A DNA stretch of 64,000 nucleotides, taken from NCBI GenBank assembly GCA_950097015.1, contig CATNEN010000038.1, positions 17,360,001-17,424,000 of the forward strand. Reading direction: 5' to 3'. Made by a program: the position numbers and the translations under genes. The notes below the pieces were generated by a model, which worked only from the letters and a program-made list of their open reading frames with translations, had not been told where the DNA came from and searched no databases. Shown here in pieces: positions 13,066 to 24,312 of the stretch. Source of the DNA: Macrostomum hystrix (taxonomy: Eukaryota; Animalia; Platyhelminthes). The number at the start of each line of letters is the position of its first letter. Positions within the stretch are counted from its first letter, which is position 1.

Positions 13066-14140
13066 TTGTCACTTCATTCCAAGGATTTTCATTTCATTCC
13101 AAGGCTTGTCACTTCATTCCAAGGCTTGTCATTTCATTCCAAGGCTTGTCATTTCATTCCAAGGATTTTCACTTCATTCCAAGGCTTGTCACTTCATTCC
13201 AAGGCTTGTCACTTCATTCCAAGGCTTGTCACTTCATTCCAAGGCTTGTCATTTCATTCCAAGGCTTGTCATTTCATTCCAAGGATTTTCACTTCATTCC
13301 AAGGCTTGTCACTTCATTCCAAGGATTTTCATTTCATTCCAAGGATTTTCATTTCATTCCAAGGCTTGTCATTTCATTCCAAGGCTTGTCACTTCATTCC
13401 AAGGCTTGTCATTTCATTCCAAGGATTTTCATTTCATTCCAAGGCTTGTCACTTCATTCCAAGGCTTGTCACTTCATTCCAAGGCTTTTCACTTCATTCC
13501 AAGGCTTGTCACTTCATTCCAAGGCTTGTCACTTCATTCCAAGGCTTGTCACTTCATTCCAAGGATTTTCATTTCATTCCAAGGCTTGTCACTTCATTCC
13601 AAGGCTTGTCACTTCATTCCAAGGCTTTTCACTTCATTCCAAGGCTTGTCACTTCATTCCAAGGCTTGTCACTTCATTCCAAGGCTTGTCACTTCATTCC
13701 AAGGCTTTTCACTTCATTCCAAGGCTTGTCACTTCATTCCAAGGCTTGTCACTTCATTCCAAGGCTTGTCACTTCATTCCAAGGCTTGTCACTTCAATCC
13801 AAGGCTTGTCACTTCATTCCAAGGCTTGTCACTTCATTCCAAGGCTTGTCACTTCATTCCAAGGCTTGTCACTTCATTCCAAGGCTTGTCACTTCATTCC
13901 AAGGCTTGTCATTTCATTCCAAGGCTTGTAATTTCATTCCAAGGCTTGTCACTTCATTCCAAGGCTTGTCACTTCATTCCAAGGCTTGTCACTTCATTCC
14001 AAGGCTTGTCACTTCATTCCAAGGCTTGTCACTTCATTCCAAGGCTTGTCACTTCATTCCAAGGCTTGTCACTTCATTCCAAGGCTTGTCACTTCATTCC
14101 AAGGCTTGTCACTTCAATCCAAGGCTTGTCATTTCATTCT
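13066..14140. repeat. 20-bp minisatellite (AAGGCTTGTCACTTCATTCC), ~54 copies
   Basis: Exact 20-bp register kept across the array. Confidence 0.98.
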
Positions 14141-14589
14141 AGAGCTTTTATTTTAAACTTATTTAATAATTATAGAAATTTGTAGCAACAAATAAAATAA
14201 TTTCTTTAATCTCTAACGAGTGTGAAATAAAATTAAATCAATTTTTAGCTTTCGGCTCTTTGATTGCAAACAGCAAATGGATTTGTCTGTAATTTTTTAT
14301 TAACAAAGAGATAAGGAGGCAACACAGATGACAGAAACTGACCGGTATTGTCAAAATTTATGCTATAATATCCTGATAATAGTTTCTTTTGAAATATTAA
14401 CAAATCAAAGAAGACTAACTAAATAGGCCTTAAAATAGTAGGTATAAGCTAGCGAAATAAGCAGTTTGTCTAACAGCTAGATTTGTCTATTTTTTAAGAA
14501 AAATGCGCACAAACTAACTATTTATAGACACTCTACAATCAACCTAGAAATCTAAATTTTAACTGATTAGCTAGTCATTAGTTGAAGCA

Positions 14590-17500
14590 TCATCTAGGCA
14601 ACAGCTTAGCAACTAGAGCCTTGTGATAAGCGATCAATTCTGGCTGTGCGTTTGCCAATTCGAATAGCGTTTCGTAGCCAGCTAGGCCTTGACAACTCGT
14701 AGCGAATGTCAACAATCCGCAGACTAGACAGTCTAATCCGGTTGGTTGCGGACTATTTAATAAGTGACCCGTGGTCTGCTCTTTGGCTAGTAGGCCCAGA
14801 GAGCAGAATATCCAATTGGCCTCTTCGGCTGCCTGTGGCAACAAAATTATAAAAGCGATTATTTATTTATTTTAGATAGAATGCTTGTAATGAGGCTGAG
14901 AATAGGGTACCTGAGAGTGGATTTACCTATGGATGGGTTTACCTATAGATAGGCTTAACTGAGGATGGATTTACCTGATGATGGGTTTATGTAAAAATGA
15001 GTTTATTTGAGAATGAGTTTACCTAAGAATGGGTTTACCTGAGGATTGGGTTTACCTATGGATGGGTTTACCTTTGGATGTGTTTATCTGAGGATAGGTT
15101 TACCTATGGATGGGTCTACCTAAGGATGGGTTTATCTGATGATGGGTTTACCTATAGATGGGTTTACTTATGGATGGGTTTACCTAAGGATGGATTTATT
15201 TGAGGATGGGTTTATCTGAGGATGAGTTTATACGAGGATGGGTTTACCTATGGATGGGTTTATCTGAGGATGGGTTTATCTGAGGATGGGTTTATCTGAG
15301 GATGGGTTTATCTAAGGATGGGTTTATCTGAGGATGGGTTTATCTGAGGATGGGTTTATCTGAGGATGGGTTTATCTGAGGATGGGTTTATCTGAGGATG
15401 GGTTTATCTGAGGATGGGTTTATCTGAGTAGAGATTATCTCTGCTTTACCTGATGCGCTCCCTGCCAGCCGATAGCATCGAGGCGAGCTCGAACTCGCGA
15501 CCTCGCCTGACGAGGCAGCAACCAGGCCAGCGGTCGCACCATACCGTGCGCGTAGCCGGGCCTAGTCTGATCGGAGTAGGTAGACTCAGGCAGCCAGGTG
15601 AGGTGCTCGATCAGGCAAGAGATAGCTGAACTAAATGCATTCAAATAAGACTGCACCGCAGCCAGCAGAACGGCTGCCGAATGAGCATCGGCCGCTTCTG
15701 AGCTCGACGCGTCGTTGGCATTGTTGCCAGGCAACGGACGCAAAATGCCTCGAGTGCGATGAAAATGATCGCAGATGCAGGCAAAGTCGGTCAATAACTG
15801 GCCTTCGTGATGAACTATAGGTGTCACACCTGGGTAACGTTTGTTACGAAAGGTTAAAGCAATGAACTTTAGATTGAAGATTTCGTTTGAGGATAATTTC
15901 GAGGGGTATTAAGGGATCTTTGGGAAGATTATCACCTGGCCATGGATTGATAGGAACGATAACTACAAACGGATTAGGGACTTATAAGCAGGTAATAAAT
16001 TATCTATTGATTCATGATTGACAGAAATAGATTTACTTCGGGATTTCGAGAAATTAGCAATTCGACAATTCGACAATCAACGGTTCTCGTCCGGGGTGTC
16101 TGAAAGTGGCAAAAACAACCAATATGGGCAGAAGAATTTTGATCACAGTTAGGGAACTATCGTGAAGTAGGCAGTGTATTTTTGAAATACCAACTGGTTT
16201 ATAGCCTGGTTTATCTACTGTTTAGGGGTTGTTCAGTAGTATATTTAAAAGTAATATATGAATGGACTAGCTTTTTTTGCCCGTTGTTTCTGGGGCAGAA
16301 ATTTAAAGCAAAGCAGTAAGCAATTCACGTCTCTGTATTAACTTTATAGTGAAGGTCACCATATATTCATTTACTGCATTAATGAAAAGTGAAGAGTTTG
16401 TTTAAGGGTGTTTTAAGTAAAAAATAAGTGAAAAGTTTGTCCAAACAGCCCCCTCTTGATTACTTCTTTAGAAACATGTCTCTTAGCCACTCCTCTATAC
16501 AGTCAGTGGCAGATCCAGGAATTTTGTTTTGGGGCGGTCTGTCAGGGGAGCGCCATGAGAAACACAGAGTGGGTGCCAGCGGCCGAAAAAGGGCGCCAGG
16601 AGCCAAGAAAGGGCGCCAGCGGCTGAAAAACGGGAGCCAGCGGCTGAAAAAGGGGCGCCAGCGGCCGAAAAGGGGCGCCAGTGCTGCGACTGGCGCCCCT
16701 GGTGGGGGCATCTTATTCCCATGATTAAAATTTAGGGGGGCGACTGCCCCCCCGCCCCCCCCCCTAAATCTGCCTCTGTATACAGTATGCATGTACACGC
16801 GTATACATAAGGAAAATAGCCATGACATAACAATAACAATGTCAAAGAAACAAAATTAAACTGTTTCAGAGTTCAGAGTTAGACAGGTCAAGGTCAATTC
16901 GTGACTACTTTTCTATTAATTGCTTGCGAGTCACCTCAAGGCCTGGGGATACACCACATTCTTCGTTCTTCCCCTTGGTGCGAAAATGAATAGGCCAGCT
17001 GGAGTTCCAACACGGGAGCAGGCGACATAAAGCTGCCCATGCGAGAAGCAAGGAGTCTCCAGGTTGATGCCAGCCACCTTCAGCGACTGTCCCTGAGCCT
17101 TGTTAATAGTCATCGCAAAGCACACTCTCACAGGGAACTGCAGTCGCTTGAACTGAAATGGCAGGTCCGTGGGGATAATTGGAATCCGGGGAACGAACAC
17201 AGACTCTCCTCTGCCAGATCCAGTCATTATCGTGGCCTCAATCACGTGTGGGAAGAGCCGCCTGACTATCAGTCTGGTGCCGTTACACAGCCTTGGCGCA
17301 TTCAGGTTGCGGAGGAGCATAATTGGTGCCCCAACTTTCAGCTGCAAGTTGTGCGATGGAGTTCCAGGAGGATCTAGAGAGTTCAGAAACTCAACAGGAT
17401 ACTCCACAGCGGTGTCATCAGTCAACGTTGTATCAATTGACTTGTAGGTGAAAACTGCACCTGGCAACTCCTGAAGGAGTTGGTAGTTAATTTCGTTGGC

Positions 17501-18455
17501 GGCATCATTTCTAGGACACAGAATTGCCCTCTCTGACAGCCAGTCAACGCCAGCCTCTCTCTTTCTTCTATCCCAGGCTGGCTGGAGAGAAATATCGACC
17601 GGAGAGCCCTGCGCACTGGGACGCCACCGCACTCACCGCACTCAGTCTCAGTGCTGCTTGGGGGCCAGTAGACAGTCTAGGGGTTTGGGCTGTGTACATT
17701 CACGGCTTGAAATACAATGTACAGTCTGGGGCTTCGGCGCCCGGGGAAGGGAGGGGGTGGCTGTAATAAAATTTGGCCCGCAGAGTGGCGGAGGGGAGTT
17801 GGGGTGGCTGTCCTCGGAAAACAAAAAGTGACTCACTTTGAGATGATGCAGCTTTGCTCTGGATTGAGTAGAGATGTTCAAAATTGACAGCATTGTTGGA
17901 AAACATGTAAAGTGTAAGTGGATCAAATTTGGAGAAAATCTGACAAAGTGGGGCGACGATATGTCGAATTGAGTGATTTTTTGACGATTTTTGAGCAGTT
18001 TTTTGCACTTTTGAGCAGGAAGGAAATGATTTTTCGGGAATTTGAGTAGCCTATTGCACTCAGCGTAGGTGGTTTTAGGTATGTGCAAAGTTTGGTGCGA
18101 TTTGGTTGAGCGGTTTCGGCGTCTATAAAGACAAAAGGTTGCACACAGACAGACAGACAGACAGACAGAGTTTTCACTTTTATATATATAGATAAAATTA
18201 ACAATATTTGCTCACCAGTAGGCGACACCCATTCACAGTTGCGCAGTTGAGTCTCAGTGAAAGCAATGCCATATCTGTGAAGCAACAGTCGAAGGCATTC
18301 GGCAAACAGACGCTCCGGTGGGAGAGCGGCTTCAACTGTGGTGGTAAAAGAAAATTTCAAGAAAAAATCTTTTTTAAAGAGATAAAATGATAAATTTGAA
18401 GCATCATTGAAAACTCACTCGATGTAAGCAATATTTTAGCCTCATCCGTAGCCAT
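14590..18455 (-). CDS. MTX2: Metaxin-2-like (SAM complex, GST-like fold); exons 18455-18419, 18335-18216, 15829-15450, 14832-14590
   Basis: RNCEWVSPT-G-VTP (cf. NAEYMSPSGKVP), HLTW..TYSDQTRPGYA..PLAWLL..RARLDAIGW and QPTGLDCLVCG (cf. QPTELDALVFG). Splice phases 1, 1, 0 are consistent. Confidence 0.82.
14908..15428. repeat. 16-bp minisatellite (GATGGGTTTATCTGAG), metaxin intron 3
   Basis: Homogeneous at the right end, degenerate at the left. Confidence 0.95.
16070..16225. mobile_element. Fragment of a dispersed DNA-transposon/MITE-like family also present at 57345-57540 and 60255-61193
   Basis: Shared GGGA(A/G)CTATCGTGAAGTAGGCA...AGCCTGGTTT.TCTACTGTT and GGGGTGTCTG..GTGGCAA. Confidence 0.6.
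16504..16778. mobile_element. hAT-type MITE nested inside the Helitron
   Basis: TIRs CAGTGGCAGAT / ATCTGCCTCTG; 8-bp TSD TATACAGT at 16496-16503 and 16779-16786. Confidence 0.9.
16931..17560 (-). pseudogene. C-terminal PIF1-like helicase fragment of a Helitron RepHel protein
   Basis: WLSERAILCPRN, PVEFLNSLDPPG.P.H.L.LKVGAPIMLLRNL, LCNGTRL, FKRLQFPVRVCFAMTINKAQGQSL, FSHGQLYVACSRV; the Rep domain and Walker motifs are absent. Confidence 0.9.
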
Positions 18456-18571
18456 ATAAGTTTGTAGTTTACAGTGTTTATTAGTCAACTAGCCAATGGA
18501 CAATGCGACAACAGCTGCAATGAAAATAAGTCTAAAGTTGCTTGACATATATTATAAACTAACATCCCTAG

Positions 18572-18865
18572 TAGGGAGTGAGTGGCTGAGCGGTTAACGC
18601 CTCTGCATCTCGCACCAAGGTCCGAGCTCGCACCGAGGCCACATTCATTTGAAATTTACGCCCTTGAGGGGCAACCTCCAAGGCACAGTGAAGTTTACAC
18701 TGCCTGACGATGAGAAAGTCAGGACAGGTGTACACACCTTGTGTGGGCGTGTGCTTGAGTACAGTATCTGTGAGCATGTGTGCTCAGGAGTCAGCGAAAT
18801 GGGCAGAATTGCCTCCTCGCTGGCTTCGGGTCTAGTGTCACCTCTTGTAAATTACTATTATTATA
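18572..18865 (+). mobile_element. tRNA-derived SINE, family A (internally deleted copy)
   Basis: A-box TGGCTGAGCGG; body collinear with 60517-60881; TTA-rich tail. Confidence 0.85.
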
Positions 18866-18879
18866 AAATCCCTACTAGC

Positions 18880-19145
18880 CAGGGCGGCAGATAAATGACT
18901 TGATGGTCGGTGGTTCGACTCCCGAGTCCCGACTCTAATGGAATAATTTATTTCTTTAAGCAAGACACTTCAAACTGTGCATCAATTGCTTCAGTTCACC
19001 CAGCTGTTAAATGTAGACCAGCATTAGCAGGAGTAATTGAGGGTGGCTGTGGCGTCCCTTGGTGTGGCGTAACCAGATCCCCCTTAACAAGGATCAGGGC
19101 CATAGAATATAAGAGATTGTCTGACCTAATACTTAAAAATTATAA
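18880..19145 (+). mobile_element. tRNA-derived SINE, family C
   Basis: B-box GGTTCGACTCC; GCAAGACACTT..TGCTTCAGTTCACCCAGCTGT shared with 28760-28995. Confidence 0.7.
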
Positions 19146-19943
19146 ATAAACAAAATCTTGAGTCTTTACAATATTAAGCACGTTTGCATAGAAAGAGCAA
19201 AAGAACGGATGCATATATTTATATTTATAAATATATAGATAATATTTTGTCTTGCATTTTAATAATTATTGATGTCGATATTTTCACTAAAATAAACTAA
19301 ACTGTTTAGCGACTGTATAATGAAACTGGTGTTATACTATTGTCTTTGTAATTGTGTCAGCCAGTAAATCGTTACAAGCTACTAAGAAGTAGTAGTATAC
19401 GATAAATTGAGCACCAGATTTGTTTTTAAAAAATGAAAACAGGTAGTCACAGTTAGTTTTTAACTAGATTTTCGTATATAGATATTGAACATAATTTTGA
19501 TTTTGGAAGATGTGAAGATGTCTTTGCTTTAATAATAAAATAACATGTTTTAAATAAACAACACAATCAAAATATCTCATCAGTTGTGAGCAGAATTTTT
19601 TTATTTAAGTAGCACAAAAAACTAACAAACAAACAAAAAACAAACCCGGATATGCAAGTAAACAACAATAACAAAATTGAGAACATTTTTGTGAGAACAC
19701 ACGCACACACACACACTGTCAACTTAAAAGAAGGTTTGAAATAAGTTTCTTTAAATAAATAGATTACAAGAAAATAGGACAATTTTGATTTATTTATTAA
19801 AAAATCAATCGATGTGCAATCAACTCTGCAAGAAAAACTAGTAGACACAATCAGTCGGCGGGTCGGTTGGGATGTAAGCACAAACAGAGAACAGATAAGT
19901 AAAATATTGTTCATGAATAAATTGTCAAAGTGTGTTTCTACCG

Positions 19944-22331
19944 TTAGCCCGAGAAATTAGCTTTCTTAGCATCGATGACGTCCAGTATAAGCTTGACAAA
20001 GTCGGCTGTTTCCTCTTGCATAGCTTCTAGAGTATCTGGCTGATCACAGCCGGATAAGAAGCTGTGCTTCAGCAGCTGGTTAAAACGCCAACGCTCCGAT
20101 GGAGACTTGACTAGGCATTTGCCTGCGGAACGGGTTGGGTGGCAATCGGCGTGTGGGATTATAGGTGGCATTTGAAATGGTATCATCAGCGTGATTCGAG
20201 ATAGGATAGGCCATAGAATTCGAGATGGGATAGATAATGCGATTTGAGATGGGATTTGAGATGAGTTTTCAGATGGGATTTTACATGGGATTTGAGATGG
20301 GATTTGAGATGAGTTTTCAGATGGGATTTTACATGGGAATTGAGATGAGATTTGACATGGGATTTGACATGGGATTTGACATGGGATTTGAGATGAGTTT
20401 TCAGATGGGATTTGAGATGGGATTTCAGATAGGATTTGACATGGGATTTGACATGGGATTTCAGACAGGATTTCCGATGGGATTTCAGATGGGATTTCAT
20501 ATTGAATAGGCTGTGGGATTTCATAATAAATAGGCTCTGTGATTTCATATTAAACAGGCTATGGGATTTCATGTTTAGTAGGCTTTGTGATTTCATATTG
20601 AATAGGCTATGGGATTTATATTAAATAGCCCATGGGATTTCAGATAAGATTGAAGCGAATAAAACAGACACAAGCAAGTACGCGTGGACTGCAATGTACA
20701 GGCATGTGTACATTCAAACCAATATTCTTACCAACAAAGTCGCGCAACTCGGGTTCGAATCGCGGGTCGTCCGGTTGCAGCGTCGGAGTCGGTCCGTGCA
20801 GGATGTCGTTAATCTGCTGAAACGGCGTCTTCCAATGCTCGTAGGGATACTTGCCGTTGGCCAATTCAACCATGGTGATGCCGAAGCTCCAGACGTCGCT
20901 AACAGACGTATAGCCTCTGGCGCCGTCGCGTTTAATATCGATGCGCTCGGGGGCCAGGTACTGCTGGGAGCCAATCTCTGAGCGGGCGAAACTGTTCACC
21001 AATTGGCCAGCGATGCCGAAGTCGCACATTTTAAATTGGCCGCGCCGATTTGTTAGAATATTGCTAGGCTTCACGTCGCGATGAATAATCTTAATTTCGT
21101 ACATATAGTCTAAGGCTTTCAGTACGGAATAAGCCACGTGTTTTAGCACATTGCCGGGTATGGGTTTGTTCACATCGGCCAGATGGGCTGTCTTGTACAT
21201 CCGATCCAACGATAGGTCCATGAGTTCCATGAGAATCATGAGGTCGCCTTCGCGGAAAAGGGCGCCATAGAAGAATACTGCGTAGGGACAGTTGGTAGTG
21301 CGCTGTTGAACGTTTATCTCGCGTATGTGGCGCTCGTTCTCTTTACTATCGAATGAATGCCGGACGCGTTTCAATGCGAATAGGCAGTTGCTGTTCTTGT
21401 GACGAACTTTCTCCACGACCCCGTATTGGCCCTGCAATTAAAAATTACGATAGAATTTGTTTACCAATTGGGAAAACGATACTATAGAAACTGTAGACTT
21501 TAGATAATAAATGCGGTATCGAATACGGAATCAGGAAAAACAATATTATCAAATAGGGGATGAGGAAAGATATTGGTATCGAATAGGGGATCAGGAAATA
21601 TATTGGTATCGAATATGGGATCAGAGAAGATATTGCTAATAACTAGGGGATCGGGAAAGATTTTGCTATCAAATTGGGGATGAGGAAAGATATTGGTATC
21701 GAATAGGGGATCAGGAAAGATATTGGTATCAAATAGGGGATCAGGAAATATATTGGTATCGAATATGGGATCAGGGAAGATATTGCTAATAACCAGGGGA
21801 TCGGGAAAGATTTTGCTATCAAATTGGGGATCAGGGAAGATAGTGGTATCAAATTTGAGATCAGGAAAGATTTTGCTATCAAATTGGTGATAAGGAAAGA
21901 TAGTGCGATGAAAAAAATCTTGGAAAACATTAGCACAAATTAGGAAATATGGGAAGAAAGCGGCTCAAAATAGGGAATCTGTGAAGATACAAGATAGTGA
22001 CATAAAATAGGGGATGTAGGAACGGTAAGATAGGAGGTAAACAAAGAGAATAAAATCTTAAATATTTGTTTTAAAATACGGCAATGGCACTCTAGCTGGC
22101 AAAAATTTTTACCTGGCCAAGCTTGTCAATCACTTCTAGATCGTTCACGTGGACTTCAACATCCTTCTCGCACAATCGAATAGTGGTCTTCTCAGACAGC
22201 GGCTGATCATTAGCAATGGGTATAGGCAGCGGCTGAGGCTGTTCTACTGGCAGAGGAATTTTCGGCCTAGCCTGTCGACGGGCCTTGCCGGCAGATGAGG
22301 TCTCGCGTTTTTCGTCACCACCTTCAGCCAT
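19944..22331 (-). CDS. MAP2K6: Dual-specificity MAP kinase kinase, MKK3/MKK6 type; exons 22331-22113, 21431-20732, 20122-19944
   Basis: LGQ-GQYGVV, FYGALFREGD, HRDVKPSN, DFG..YLAPERI, W.TPFQQ, C-terminal DFVKLILD (DVD site) and an N-terminal basic docking site. MKK3 versus MKK6 cannot be resolved. Confidence 0.9.
20220..20645. repeat. 12-bp (ATGGGATTTGAG) repeat grading into a 24-bp repeat, MAP2K intron 2
   Basis: Tandem copies. Confidence 0.92.
21515..21905. repeat. 30-bp minisatellite (ATCAGGAAAGATATTGGTATCGAATAGGGG), MAP2K intron 1
   Basis: Tandem copies. Confidence 0.92.
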
Positions 22332-23669
22332 CTTTCTGATGACAGCTGTAATTATAATGCAGGCCCTATCAACTGCAAAGCACAGGCTAATAAAAGCAGT
22401 TTATATACTCTTAGTTTACATTAAAGCATATTTAATAGCATACCATATAAATAAAAATTTGGCAGAAAGTGTCAGACGATAAACATTATAATATCTAATA
22501 AGATGCCACTTACAGTTAAGTATATATAAACAATACAAACAGAATTATTCACTAAACCGCAATTAGTTTAATTCTAAACAATGTAAGAAACAAGCTAGCT
22601 TATAGTGCTACGGGACACAAAAATCTAAGAAATATAAACTATTAGGCAAAAAATAATATAAAAAGCTTATATACAACTAAAATAGTATAGCTATAGAACA
22701 AAAAAGCTAAACAGCAAGAAATTAGGTTATTAAAAACCTTAATTAAATCTAAATTGAATAATCAGCATTAAGGTAAAACAGAGAAATAATGCACAAATGT
22801 AATTATGACCTGGCTTACATACTTTTTTTGTAGAATCATTCCAATTATTAAACTTGTAATAAACAAAGGATAGACTTATTTTTTTAACAAGAACTCTAAA
22901 ATGTAAGGAATACTAAGATGACAAGCTTCTAGGTAACATTGTCTTATGTGCTATGGGCATAAAGAACTTCAGCATATTAACCATTTTGTCTCACATTAAA
23001 AATCTTAAAAACAAGTTTTTTTATTAAAGTTTTTTCTATATTTTTAGTTGGTTTAGTTCTATAATGCACTATGTGGAACATGATACAAAATGTTACATGA
23101 CACTCCAAATTCTAGTAACACTAGGCAACAACTGATGGTCTTCTGAAATAAGTCAATTTTGTAATAAGGACTCTAAATAGTTAGAATTGATGATAAAGCA
23201 ATGATAAATAGGACAATGAGACTGCTTCATATGAGTGCATTTAGGCCTATTTTAAAAAAAACAATGAGATAATTTGGTAAAACCTAGTGGGTATTCTGGT
23301 GATGGTGCGTAAGTATTTTTTTAAATATGCACACATAAAGTATTATTACTTGATAAGATGGACCAGCCAAATGCTGACAATATGGTAACGGGCCAGTCTA
23401 AGACAACAAACCACAATTTTCAAATAAATATAATTGAAACACTTGAATAGGGCACAGCCTGACAAACAGAAAGAAGCAATTTAAATGAAAGTTTAAAGAA
23501 GACATGGTAGGGCTCTCTTGGTGGCATTAGCTAAGACTGTATGCCTAGGTCTAGTCTCACAAGTCAAGCTTCTATGTAAATAAAATAAATGAAATTTGTT
23601 GTACATTGATTATATTAATTTTAATAGGAACATAAATAAATATTTCAGGTATAATTTTTGTATCACCCA

Positions 23670-24312
23670 GGGTAATGTATCATCAACCGAACAATGTATC
23701 TTCAAAACCGAACAAGAATTTTGACTCCTTCCTTGGTCTTGTGCAAGATAGAAACAAGCTATTATGTTTCACAGAACAACTAATTTGAAAGTTGAAGAAA
23801 TTATCTACAAGCTGAGGCATGATGTGCAATGAAGCATTAAGAGAAAAGAAAGATATTGATGTTTCAGTAGAAATTTTTATTGCAAAAGCATACTTTTTAA
23901 CAACATTTTTTCAGTATGTACTTTAGACGAAGATTGTATGTGGTTGCTTGCCAATTAAATGACCATAAATGTAGTTATTTATAGAGCATGAAAAATGCTT
24001 TCAAATGACATAATTCATGATAGTTCACTCCTTAAAATAAGATTAAACCACTCACTCAAATTGTACAACCAAACATCAAATTCTCTGTTTGGTTTGAAGA
24101 TACATGAAAATCATTGTTCACTTTTAGATAAAAAGCAGGTATAACTTTTTTTCTATTTGACAAAATAGCAAAAGCAGATACTTTTTAGAAAGATGTAACT
24201 GTTTTCTATAACTTGGCTTTTGATTTATCATCATATCTTAAATAGAAAATCTGTAGCTTAGGTTTGAAGTTAAAAAAATACACTTTCTTGTTTGGTTGAT
24301 GATACATTACCC
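23670..24312. mobile_element. MITE with ~24-bp TIRs
   Basis: GGGTAATGTATCATCAACCGAACA ... TGTTTGGTTGATGATACATTACCC, with subterminal copies of the motif near 23694 and 24086; TSD unclear. Confidence 0.8.

Larger units (their letters stand above)
16267..18192 (-). mobile_element. Non-autonomous Helitron (1926 bp) in metaxin intron 2
   Basis: 5' TCTATATATATAAAAGTG followed by (TGTC)n; 3' GCCCC..GGGC hairpin then CTAG; inserted between A (18193) and T (16266); internal PIF1 helicase fragment. Confidence 0.92.

Noticed and set aside
13047-14185. Three overlapping ~300-360 aa ORFs
   Set aside because: The 20-bp unit lacks stop codons on this strand, so all three frames are open trivially.
16931-17632. 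Host PIF1 helicase gene
   Set aside because: Only the C-terminal part is present and it lies within Helitron termini.
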